Assembly (NCBI GenBank): GCA_046262015.1
Contig: JBHENN010000097.1
Location: 1,304-65,303, forward strand
Length of the DNA stretch: 64,000 bases
Direction: 5' to 3'
DNA from: Actinomycetota bacterium
GTDB taxonomy: Bacteria; Actinomycetota; CADDZG01; WHSQ01
Position numbers and translations under genes: made by a program. Shown piece by piece: positions 46,783 through 55,322 of this stretch. Numbering within the stretch: position 1 is the first letter of the stretch; each line of letters opens with the position of its first letter. The notes under the pieces are model-generated. The model worked only from the letters and a program-made list of their open reading frames with translations. It was not told where the DNA came from and searched no databases.

Positions 46783-48252
46783 TTACGCCTCGATCCCGTG
46801 CCACGGCGCGGCCACCGCGGTGCGCGCCCCCGGCTCGCCCCCCAGGAAGAACATGCGTTGTTCGACATCGTTGCCGGGGTCGGCGTCGAGGAGGAGCCCG
46901 GTCGGGTTGGCATGGACCCGGATGTAGTACCAGCCGTTGGGCAGCCCGGTGACCTCGAGCGACTGACCCGGGATCCCCTGGTAGTAGGTGTCGCCCCAGC
47001 CCGGCTCGAGGTGCTCGCGCACCCACACCGAGCTCGAACCACCGCACTGGGTGTGGAGGCCGTCCTCGCTGTAGCCGGTCCAGGTCGCGCCTTTAAGGGT
47101 CAGGTCGACGGCGTCGGTCGGAACGATGCAGAACGCCTGCTTGCCGCTCCGCACGACCTCGGCGCTCTCCCGATCGACCAGGGAGTACTGCGCGAACTGC
47201 TCGAAGTGCCAGTGGTGGTGACGGCGGCGGTCGTCGTACTCGAACGTGCCCGACGGCGCCCGCCCGACGACGTTGCCGTCAGGATCGTAGAAGTACTGGT
47301 ACGCGTCCATCGTGTCGGTGCCCGAGCGCCGGAACCCTTCGACCACCAAGGGGCCGGGCCCGGCGTTCCAGACATTCGCCGCGAAGTCGACATAGTCGCG
47401 CTCGTTGCGGCTCGACGTCGCGAGCGACCAGGCAGGCAGGGCGGCGAGGTCGGGGAGCGCGCTCGGGTCCGGTGATGTGGTGGTGGGCACACCTTCGGTG
47501 GGTCCGGCGCCGTAGATGTCGGAGCCATCCCGGTGGTAGTAGACCTCCTTGCCCCGGTGGCCTCCCTTCTCGATCGTGACCTTCAGGGTGACCAGGCGGT
47601 CGGCCTCGGCGATCGCGAACAGGTCGGCGTAGGTGCGGGTGATGGCCACCGTCGTGGTGTAGGTCCCTGCGGGGACGCGCATCGTGGCCGACCCGCCTTC
47701 GTAGTCGCCGCCGCCCAGAGCCGGGACCGCCCAGTGATCCTCGATGCCCCAGACCATCCCGCGCAGGAAGGGGAACCCGGTAGCGCAGAAGTAGGGATAG
47801 CGAACCACGTCCGATCCCTGGTCGCTGAGCCGCTGGCGTTCGTAGCTGTTGGGACAGAGGGTGAAGCGCCGGCGCGCCACCTTCTCGCCGTCCGCGTCCC
47901 GGAAGGTCACTACCAGGGCCCTCCTCAGGCCGGAGAAGCCGTCGAGCAGCTCGGCCGGGAGCGTGCGGATCACATCACCGGTGGCGGCGTCGACCTGGGC
48001 CGCCTGGATCGGCTCGCCGAAGCTGGACCGACCCACCCGGATCTCGAAGTCACCCCCGACGGGCGTCATCAGGACCCCGAGGTCGAGGTAGACACGCCGG
48101 TCGTAGCGCTGCAGAGTGACCTCGCCCTTACTCGTCAGCAGGCGCAGCGACGGGGTCTCTGCGCTGCGGGCCGGAAGCGCTCCCGCCAGCGACGCCCCCA
48201 CGACGGCAACGATGGCTCCGATGCTCACGCGACGCCGGTTGCTCGGTTTCAC
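46783..48252 (-). CDS. Secreted lysyl-oxidase-like (LOX family) copper amine oxidase homologue
   Basis: The C-terminal region aligns by eye with animal LOX. HHHWHFEQF corresponds to the Cu-site WHSCHQHYH. KQAFCIVPTD corresponds to HKASFCLEDT (LTQ Lys). GWGDTYYQGIPGQSLEVTGLPNGWYYIRVHANP corresponds to GCYDTY..DCQWIDITDV.PGNYILKV.VNP (LTQ Tyr). GTG start at 48252. Confidence 0.7.
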   Translation of the reverse strand: MKPSNRRRVSIGAIVAVVGASLAGALPARSAETPSLRLLTSKGEVTLQRYDRRVYLDLGVLMTPVGGDFEIRVGRSSFGEPIQAAQVDAATGDVIRTLPAELLDGFSGLRRALVVTFRDADGEKVARRRFTLCPNSYERQRLSDQGSDVVRYPYFCATGFPFLRGMVWGIEDHWAVPALGGGDYEGGSATMRVPAGTYTTTVAITRTYADLFAIAEADRLVTLKVTIEKGGHRGKEVYYHRDGSDIYGAGPTEGVPTTTSPDPSALPDLAALPAWSLATSSRNERDYVDFAANVWNAGPGPLVVEGFRRSGTDTMDAYQYFYDPDGNVVGRAPSGTFEYDDRRRHHHWHFEQFAQYSLVDRESAEVVRSGKQAFCIVPTDAVDLTLKGATWTGYSEDGLHTQCGGSSSVWVREHLEPGWGDTYYQGIPGQSLEVTGLPNGWYYIRVHANPTGLLLDADPGNDVEQRMFFLGGEPGARTAVAAPWHGIEA

Positions 48253-48511
48253 GGTCCACCCACTTTCCCTGGTCCACGAGGTACGTACGTCCACAAGACG
48301 CCCGAGCGGCTCCGGAGGTTCCCCGCGCACAGGAACCCGCACCAACCCCGGGTTCGAGGTCGTCACCGTAGGTATCGTCCGGGGGGTGCCGTTCTTGAAC
48401 GGGGCCGATAGTCTGGCCCGGATCCCATGCGCTTCCGGAGACGGCTGCAGACGGCCGCAGACCGCCGGACAGAGGGCGTGGGGCGAGCGCGCGACGAGAG
48501 AGCCGGGGGAT

Positions 48512-50041
48512 ATGAGGGGCCGAGTGATCCAGAGAGCGGTGGAGCGCGCCCGCGGGGCGGGCCCGCGGCGAGGCCGCACGCCGAGGCTGGCGGCCGCCCT
48601 CAGCGCGACCCTCCTGGCCGCCAGCGTCGTCGCGGCGGCATCGCCCGGCCGCGGGGCGACCTCGTGGGTGGATCTCGCCACCGAGCCGGTGATCGCCTTC
48701 GAGGACGTGCCGCGCATGGTCCCCGGAGGGGACGTCAACGGGGACGGCCGGGCGGACATCGTGGGGACGCGCTGCTCCGCCGGGGCGGGCGCCGGGGTCG
48801 TGCTGGTCTACCTCGGACCGTTCGAGCGCACCGCGGACGGGACGACGAGGACGGGCGGTGAAGGCTTCCGGATCACCGGGAGCCGGCCGGCCGACTACGC
48901 GTGCTCCGCCGCGCCGGCAGGCGACGTGAACGGCGACGGGCTCGACGACCTCCTGGTCGGTGCGCCCTATGCCGACAACAACAATCGAAGGGCCTCCGGA
49001 GCCGTCTACGTGGTGTTCGGCAGCGCGTCGCCCGAAGACGTCGACCTCGCCGACTTCGATGCAGGTCTCCAGGGGAGCCGCGGCTTCCGCATCGGCGGAG
49101 CGCAGGCCGCCGACTACGTCGGCAAGCAACTCGCAGGCGTCAAGGACGTCAACTCGGACGGGCTCCACGACGTGGTCGTGGGCGCGGCTCGCGCCGGCTC
49201 CGCGTACGTGGTCTTCGGCCGGCCCGGCCCTGCGCCCGTCGACCTCCTCACCTTCGAGCTGGGGATCCAGGGGCCCATGGGGTACCGGATCGACTTCGAG
49301 CCACCCACGATCGACGCCAACCTCTCGCTCGCCGGCGCCGGCGACGTGAACGGGGATCGGGTGCCCGACATCCTCCTGGGGCTCGTCCCCACCCGCCTGG
49401 CGGCGGGCTATGCGTACGTCGTGTACGGCAAGGCGGACGGGGTCGCGGTGCACGTGCGCGACCTGCGCGGCAAGGGGTTCAGGATCATGGGCCCGAAGCG
49501 TCGCGCCACCGCCGGCCGTGCCGTTGCGGGGGTCGGTGACGTCAACGGGGACGGCCTCGCCGACGTCGTGGTCGGCGCGCCCTACCTCGACTGCTGCCCC
49601 CGAGGGGGTGCCTACGTCGTGTTCGGCACGAGGAGTGGGGCCCCGGTCCAGCTGTCCGATCTCGGTCGCTCCGGGTTCCGGATCAGGGGCGCGACCAAGG
49701 GGCCGCGCGCCTACTACCACGACGAGGCCGGCTCGTCGGTGGCCCGCGCCGGAGACGTCAACGGGGATGGGCTGGCCGACGTCCTGCTCGGCGCGCCGTT
49801 CGCCGACCACCACCGCCGGTTCGACTCGGGGTCCGCCTACGTCGTCTTCGGCAAGAAGGGGAGCGGGGCGGTCGATCTCGGCTCCCTCGAGCACCGAGGG
49901 TTCAGGATCGACGGCGCACGGGCGCAGGGCTTCGCCGGACGTCACGTCGCGGGAGCGGGGGACCTCGACGGCGACGGGCTGGCCGACGTGCTGGTATCGG
50001 CGTCGACCGCCGGCCTGAGCTATCTCGTCTGGGGCCGTTGA
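48512..50041 (+). CDS. Secreted FG-GAP / integrin-alpha-like repeat protein
   Basis: About seven repeats of GDVNGDGxxDxxVGAP...G.AYVVFG are present. Confidence 0.8.
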   Translation: MRGRVIQRAVERARGAGPRRGRTPRLAAALSATLLAASVVAAASPGRGATSWVDLATEPVIAFEDVPRMVPGGDVNGDGRADIVGTRCSAGAGAGVVLVYLGPFERTADGTTRTGGEGFRITGSRPADYACSAAPAGDVNGDGLDDLLVGAPYADNNNRRASGAVYVVFGSASPEDVDLADFDAGLQGSRGFRIGGAQAADYVGKQLAGVKDVNSDGLHDVVVGAARAGSAYVVFGRPGPAPVDLLTFELGIQGPMGYRIDFEPPTIDANLSLAGAGDVNGDRVPDILLGLVPTRLAAGYAYVVYGKADGVAVHVRDLRGKGFRIMGPKRRATAGRAVAGVGDVNGDGLADVVVGAPYLDCCPRGGAYVVFGTRSGAPVQLSDLGRSGFRIRGATKGPRAYYHDEAGSSVARAGDVNGDGLADVLLGAPFADHHRRFDSGSAYVVFGKKGSGAVDLGSLEHRGFRIDGARAQGFAGRHVAGAGDLDGDGLADVLVSASTAGLSYLVWGR

Positions 50042-50065
50042 CACATCGGACCCGATCGTGGCCGC

Positions 50066-50602
50066 TTACCTGAGGGCGGCGGATCCCCGCGCGACGTCGT
50101 GCAGATGGTGGGCGGGATCGTGCATCAGATAGCGCGCCAGCGACTCGACCGTGAAACGTGCGCCGTCGCTCCGCTCCCCAGGGCGGGCCCACTGCTCTTC
50201 TTGCAGGGCATCGAACCGATCGGCGAGCCGCCCCGCGGCCTCCTCGAGCTCCGTGGCAACCTGGGGCGGGTCCTGCTCACCGTAGCGCTCCCGGACGGCG
50301 GTCTCGTCTTGATCCCAGTTGGGATACGCGGGCCCGTCCTGCTCCAGCATCATCTGTACGCGCTCATCGTAGAGACGGAAGACGTCCCGGACGTGACATC
50401 CGTACTCCAGCGCGGACCACACGCTCGCCAAGGGACGTGACCGGGCGGTGGGATCCGAGAGCACCTTGCGCCACTGGGCGGCGTTGGCGCGGATCATCGC
50501 CCCCACCTCCTCCCGGGGGAACGACCGGACGTCGAACCCGCACTCCGGACAGACCCGCTGGAGGACCCACGTCCAGTCCTTGGTGTCCGGTGTGATCGCC
50601 AT
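50066..50602 (-). CDS. DinB-family protein with N-terminal CxxC motif
   Basis: The C-terminal HDPAHHLHDV and four-helix DinB-like pattern are present. CPECGF lies near the N-terminus. Confidence 0.7.
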   Translation of the reverse strand: MAITPDTKDWTWVLQRVCPECGFDVRSFPREEVGAMIRANAAQWRKVLSDPTARSRPLASVWSALEYGCHVRDVFRLYDERVQMMLEQDGPAYPNWDQDETAVRERYGEQDPPQVATELEEAAGRLADRFDALQEEQWARPGERSDGARFTVESLARYLMHDPAHHLHDVARGSAALR

Positions 50603-50767
50603 GGCTACGTGCTACCACGACCCAGGCAGGCGACGCGACCCAGGCAAGGAAGGCCGGCGCGCCGGGGGATCGTCTCGAACTGGTCGGGGACCATCTCTTG
50701 GGCCTAGCTTTACATAATCGATATTATGGGAGATAGCTCCGGGCTGCGATCTGCCCGGAAGAGCTCG

Positions 50768-50998
50768 CTAGGTCTCGGTGCCGCGGCCCGTCTCGTTCTG
50801 GAGCTCCTCGATGCGCTTCGACGCGGCGGCCTTGGTGAGCGAGAGATCGACCTCTTCGCCGGCTTCCTGGGCGAGCGTTTGGAGGTAGCTCGCCTGGGCG
50901 CCCGTCATCGGCTCGTCGCCGGTGGTCCAGTCCTCGGGGTCTTTCCGGGTGCCCGATCCTGCCGCGTCGTTCGGGCCGCGCTGCGTCTCCTCGGTCAT
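50768..50998 (-). CDS. DUF3072-like small protein
   Basis: MTGAQASYLQTLAQEAGEEV...LTKAAASKRIEELQ. ATG at 50998 is preceded by AAGGAGG; the longer ORF start at 51064 is rejected. Confidence 0.6.
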   Translation of the reverse strand: MTEETQRGPNDAAGSGTRKDPEDWTTGDEPMTGAQASYLQTLAQEAGEEVDLSLTKAAASKRIEELQNETGRGTET

Positions 50999-51075
50999 CC
51001 CGCCTCCTTGCCTCGCGGACGTCCCTGAAGGCTCTATACCCCATGCGGGTGGTAGCGAACACACGTTCGCCCCCC

Positions 51076-51081
51076 TAAGCT
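51076..51081 (+). promoter_or_regulatory. -10 element TAAGCT placed 6 nt before ATG 51088 (leaderless geometry)
   Basis: TAAGCT-ggggcc-ATG. Confidence 0.4.
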
Positions 51082-51087
51082 GGGGCC

Positions 51088-51993
51088 ATGCGGGCGCTCA
51101 GCCGGACCGTGACCTCGCCTCACCCCGTCCATCTGCCGCTGACGCTCGCGCCGCTCCGCCATGGCCCGGGCGACCCGACGATCCGCCTCGAGCGCGCCGG
51201 CGGCGTGTGGCGGGCAACGCGCACACCCGAAGGCCCGGCGACGATGCACCTGACCGGCACCGGATACCGGGTGGACGCGGACGCGTGGGGACCGGGGGCG
51301 TCGTGGGCGCTCGAGCACCTGACCGACCTGGTGGGGTGCGAGGACGATCCGCGCGGCTTCCCGACGCCACACCCGCTCGTGCGGTCGCTGCACCGCCGGT
51401 TCGCCGGCGTTCGCTTCGGGCGCTCCCGGGCGGTCGTCGAGTCCCTCGTCCCGGTCGTGCTGGAGCAGAAGGTGACCAGCGGCGAGGCGCACGGCTCGTA
51501 TGCCGCGTTCGTGCGCCGGTTCGGCGAGCCCGCACCCGGGCCCGGCGGGCTGATGGTGCAACCGAGCCCCGAGCGGGTGGCGCGACTCCCCTACTGGGAG
51601 CTGCACCCTCTGGGGATCGAACGGCGCCGCGCCACCGTCATCCGGGCAGCTTGCGCTCGGGCGGCGCGCCTGGAGGAGGCCGGTGCGATGGCGCCCTCCG
51701 ACGCGCGCCGGCGCCTCATGGCGTTGCCGGGCGTCGGGGCCTGGACCGCGGCCGAGGTCGCCCGGAGCGCCTTCGGCGACGTCGACGCGGTCTCCGTGGG
51801 CGACTTCCACCTTCCGCACACGGTGGCATGGGCGCTGGCCGGCGAGCCCCGCGCCGACGACGAGCGCATGCTGGAGCTGCTCGAGCCTTATGGGGACCAG
51901 CGGGCGCGCGCGGTGCGCTTGATCGAGATCGGCGGCTTCAGGGCGCCTCGTTACGGTCCGCGCTACGCGCCGCGCTCGATCAGCGCGATCTAA
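51088..51993 (+). CDS. HhH-GPD DNA glycosylase (3-methyladenine DNA glycosylase II / AlkA-like)
   Basis: Helix-hairpin-helix (LPGVGAWTAAEV) is followed by a conserved Asp (VGDFHL). Confidence 0.75.
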   Translation: MRALSRTVTSPHPVHLPLTLAPLRHGPGDPTIRLERAGGVWRATRTPEGPATMHLTGTGYRVDADAWGPGASWALEHLTDLVGCEDDPRGFPTPHPLVRSLHRRFAGVRFGRSRAVVESLVPVVLEQKVTSGEAHGSYAAFVRRFGEPAPGPGGLMVQPSPERVARLPYWELHPLGIERRRATVIRAACARAARLEEAGAMAPSDARRRLMALPGVGAWTAAEVARSAFGDVDAVSVGDFHLPHTVAWALAGEPRADDERMLELLEPYGDQRARAVRLIEIGGFRAPRYGPRYAPRSISAI

Positions 51994-52006
51994 GGGACGA
52001 GACCCG

Positions 52007-52771
52007 TCATCCCGCTCCCCCACCGCGCGCTCGGCGGTCCGTGAGCGCCCACCGCGGGACCGCGGTGAGGGCTTCGACGACGATGCGCTTGCTCATCTTG
52101 GACCGGCCGTGCGCCCGTTCCACGAAGACGATCGGAACCTCGGCCACCCGGCCGCCGGCGCGGTAGATCCTCCACGCCATCTCTATCTGGAACGCGTAAC
52201 CCTCGGACCGCACGTCACTCAGGTCCTGGCTCCGGAGAGCGTCGGCCCGGTACGCGCGGAAGCCGCTGGTGGAGTCGCGCACCCCGAACCGCAGCCAGGC
52301 TCGCGCGTACAGGTTGCCCCCGCCGGACAGTGCCCGGCGCGTCTTGCTCCAGTTCTCCACGCGGCCGTCCGGCACGTAGCGCGATCCGATCGCGAGGTCG
52401 GCGTCCTCCAATGCACGGAGCAAGCGCGGCACGTCGGCGGGGTCGTGCGAGAGGTCCGCATCCATCTCCACCAGGGCGCGGTAGCCCCGCTCGATCCCCC
52501 ACCGGAAGCCGGCCAGGTAGGCGCTGCCCAGGCCCTGCTTCCCGGCTCGCTCGAGGAGATGCACCCGATGTGGTCCGCGAGCGACGGCCCGCACCACGTC
52601 GGCCGTCCCGTCGGGCGAGCCATCATCGATGACCAGGAGGTCGGCGGAGTCACCGGTGGCGGCGAACAACCGGCGCGCGACCTCCTCGATGTTCGCGCTC
52701 TCGTTGTAGGTCGGCACGATGACCAGAGCGCGCGCCTGTGCGTCCGCTCTCTCGGAGCCGGCCGGCGTCAT
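52007..52771 (-). CDS. ppm1: Polyprenol-phosphate mannosyltransferase (GT2, Ppm1 D2-like)
   Basis: VIVPTYNESANI, VIDDGSPDGT and EMDADLSHDP motifs are present. It lies immediately downstream of lnt, as in actinobacteria. Confidence 0.85.
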   Translation of the reverse strand: MTPAGSERADAQARALVIVPTYNESANIEEVARRLFAATGDSADLLVIDDGSPDGTADVVRAVARGPHRVHLLERAGKQGLGSAYLAGFRWGIERGYRALVEMDADLSHDPADVPRLLRALEDADLAIGSRYVPDGRVENWSKTRRALSGGGNLYARAWLRFGVRDSTSGFRAYRADALRSQDLSDVRSEGYAFQIEMAWRIYRAGGRVAEVPIVFVERAHGRSKMSKRIVVEALTAVPRWALTDRRARGGGAG

Positions 52772-54297
52772 CGCTCGACGCTACCTTGGTCCTGCCGCCG
52801 GAGACCGCCGACCAGCCCGGCTGCGCACACGACCGCACACAGGAACGGGAACCAGTCCCCGGTACGCGCGTAGAACGAGATAGCGCGGGCGAAGTGGACG
52901 TCGGCGACGAGCGTCCGGGCCTCCCAGAGAGACGTCGCACCCACGACCTCTCCATCCGGCGCGACGAAGGCCGAGATCCCGCTCAGAGCCGCGTGCGCGA
53001 CCCACACGCCGTTCTCGACCGCGCGCACCTCGCTCATCGCGACGTGCTGGGCCGACGCCCATGATGTCTCCCACGTCGACGTATTCGTGGCAACGACCAG
53101 CAAGCGCCCTCCGCGTTCGATCCGCTCTCGCACCAGCGACCCGAAGTCGCCCTCGAAGGAGATCACGGGGGCGACCGGGCCCGGGAGAGAGGGAACGTCG
53201 AACACCTTCGGGTCACGTCCGGCGATGGCATCGCGCGGCACCTGGGCGAGCATCGGCACCCAGCCGATCAACCCGCGCGCCGGCACGTACTCACCGAATG
53301 GGACGAGATGGGTCTTCTGGTAGCGGTCGACGATCTCCCCGGTGGGAGCCACCTGGAACGCCATGACCAGGTAACGATCGGCGTCGATGTCGGAGTCACC
53401 GCCTGCGATGACCGGCGCGCCGACCGCGCGCGCTGCCTGCGCGAGGAACCGCTCCGTGCCCGGCAGCACGCGCCGGGCGCCCGGGGTCGGGACCTCCACC
53501 GAGCTCTCGGGCCACACCACGAGATCGGGCTCCTCGGTGGCCACGGAACGTGACAACCGCAGGTGGCTGCGGGCGATCACTTTCCTCTTCTCCGCGAACG
53601 TGCCGTCGAACGAACGCGGGACGTTGCCCTGGACGATGGCAACCCGCACCGGCGGCCCGCCTGATGCCGCCGCGGGTACCGCAGCCGGGAGCGCGATCAG
53701 AAGGGCCGCCGCGGCCACTGGGACGAGCGCCGCGCGGGGCGTGCCCCCCTGCAGGCGTGACCACGCTTCCCCGAGGGCGGCCGCGGCCGCGACCACCACG
53801 AACGCGACGAGCCACGCACCTCCGACGCTCGCCCCCTTGAGCGTCCAGAGGTCGTGCTGACCTTGAGCCAGCTGCCCCCACGTGAACCCACCCAGCGGGA
53901 CCCGGGCGCGCAGGTACTCGAGGACCACCCAGTCCGAGGCGGCGTACAGCACCCGCTCGAAGGCGCGGGGCCGGCGCGAGGCGATCGCCCAGAGCACTCC
54001 GAACAGCCCGAGGAACACCGACTGAAGCAGGACCAGCATCGCCCACGCGATCCAGCCCACGATGCTGATCCACACGAGCAGCGCGCCGAAGAACCCGATC
54101 CCGAACGCACATCCGAGAGCGAACCCGCGGCGCGCCGGGGCGCCGGCCGCGAGAACGAGCAAGGGCATAGGAGCGACCCACGCCAGCGGACCGAGATCGG
54201 GCTCCGGAAAGGCGAGGGACAAAAGAGCGCCGGCCACGAGCGCGATCCCGTACGCGCCCACGCGCGCGGCGAAGGTCTCTACACGCAGTCCCGGCAC
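52768..54297 (-). CDS. lnt: Apolipoprotein N-acyltransferase homologue (Lnt; Ser at the expected catalytic Cys position)
   Basis: Eight-TM N-terminal half plus a CN-hydrolase domain. VVWPESS (Glu) and YQKTHLVPFGEYVP (Lys) are conserved. The expected xICYE motif reads PVISFE. Confidence 0.8.
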   Translation of the reverse strand: MPGLRVETFAARVGAYGIALVAGALLSLAFPEPDLGPLAWVAPMPLLVLAAGAPARRGFALGCAFGIGFFGALLVWISIVGWIAWAMLVLLQSVFLGLFGVLWAIASRRPRAFERVLYAASDWVVLEYLRARVPLGGFTWGQLAQGQHDLWTLKGASVGGAWLVAFVVVAAAAALGEAWSRLQGGTPRAALVPVAAAALLIALPAAVPAAASGGPPVRVAIVQGNVPRSFDGTFAEKRKVIARSHLRLSRSVATEEPDLVVWPESSVEVPTPGARRVLPGTERFLAQAARAVGAPVIAGGDSDIDADRYLVMAFQVAPTGEIVDRYQKTHLVPFGEYVPARGLIGWVPMLAQVPRDAIAGRDPKVFDVPSLPGPVAPVISFEGDFGSLVRERIERGGRLLVVATNTSTWETSWASAQHVAMSEVRAVENGVWVAHAALSGISAFVAPDGEVVGATSLWEARTLVADVHFARAISFYARTGDWFPFLCAVVCAAGLVGGLRRQDQGSVER

Positions 54298-54689
54298 AAC
54301 GTGCGCTGCTCGTCGACGAGCTGGCTCTTCAGCTTGACCAGCCTGCAGCGCGCACAGACGAACTCGGCGCGGTCCTTGATCGGGACGACCTTCGTCGGCA
54401 GAGGCTCGTTCAGGGGGATGTCGCGCTCGCTGGCGAGCGCCATGATGTCGTCGTCCTCCTCGGCCTCGTCGGCTACCCGGCGCGCCGGGGTACGTTGCGT
54501 CAGCAGCTCCTCGACGCTCGGATCCTCACCGTCCTCGTCGTCGGTCGCCGCGACCGGCAGCGCGTCGGCATCCGGGTCGTCGTCCGCCGGCTCGAGATCT
54601 TCGTCGTCCTCCACCGCGAGCTCGTCGTCGCCGAGCGCCGTCAGCTCGTCCTCGTCGTTGGCGACCACCACATCTCCTCGCTCCAGCAT
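54279..54689 (-). CDS. DUF4193-like acidic protein with C-terminal CxxC...CxxC
   Basis: Asp/Glu-rich N-terminal part and C-terminal FVCARCRLVKLKSQLVDEQRTLCRDCV are present. ATG at 54689. TAGGGTTAGC lies 10 nt upstream on the minus strand. Confidence 0.7.
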   Translation of the reverse strand: MLERGDVVVANDEDELTALGDDELAVEDDEDLEPADDDPDADALPVAATDDEDGEDPSVEELLTQRTPARRVADEAEEDDDIMALASERDIPLNEPLPTKVVPIKDRAEFVCARCRLVKLKSQLVDEQRTLCRDCV

Positions 54690-55010
54690 CGGTCCGCTAA
54701 CCCTATGCCCCGGCCTCCGCACCGCAAACGCGCCGAGGGCGGGCGTCGACGCCGGACGAAAGGCACGAACGACGACAGAAAGGGAGACCCGAGGGCCACC
54801 GGGGGCCGCTCCTTAGCCGGCGAGCCGGTTATCGGAACGTTGTCCCGGGGCCTCTCGGGTCTGCCAAGACAAGTCCCAAGCAACCTCGTGCTGCTGCACC
54901 CTTCGAACGGGCCGGCACCACAGACCCGAAGGTCCGTCGAACCGTCCGGCTCCTTGCGCGATCTGCTCGGAGACCGAGCACACCGCACAGTCTGCCGGCG
55001 AAGTCGGGCA

Positions 55011-55038
55011 CCGGTCCGGCTGAGCCGGTCCGGCTGAG
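55011..55038 (+). repeat. Tandem duplication of 14 bp (CCGGTCCGGCTGAG x2)
   Basis: Two exact adjacent copies lie inside the 630 bp non-coding spacer. Confidence 0.8.
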
Positions 55039-55310
55039 CCGCTCGGGTTTGACCCCGACCGACTCCGTCCTTCTTCGCCCGCTCTCCCTTCAGACCTCCG
55101 AGGAGATCTTCCGGGCGGCGCTGCCGCCGGTTTGCTGCTTGGGACGTTCCGCACGATATGCAAGCCGGCAGGGCTCGTCAATGCCTCGCAGCCAGTCGAT
55201 CGCCAGCACGCGAAACAATCTCGCCCGTCACCACACGGTGCACATCATGTCCACAGGATGTCCCCCGAACCGTTGCCGACCGGCGCCACTGGCAGGCCCG
55301 AACGCGCCTC

Positions 55311-55316
55311 TATAGT
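55311..55316 (+). promoter_or_regulatory. -10 element TATAGT placed 6 nt before the proS ATG (leaderless geometry)
   Basis: TATAGT-gtggcg-ATG. Confidence 0.45.
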
Positions 55317-55322
55317 GTGGCG

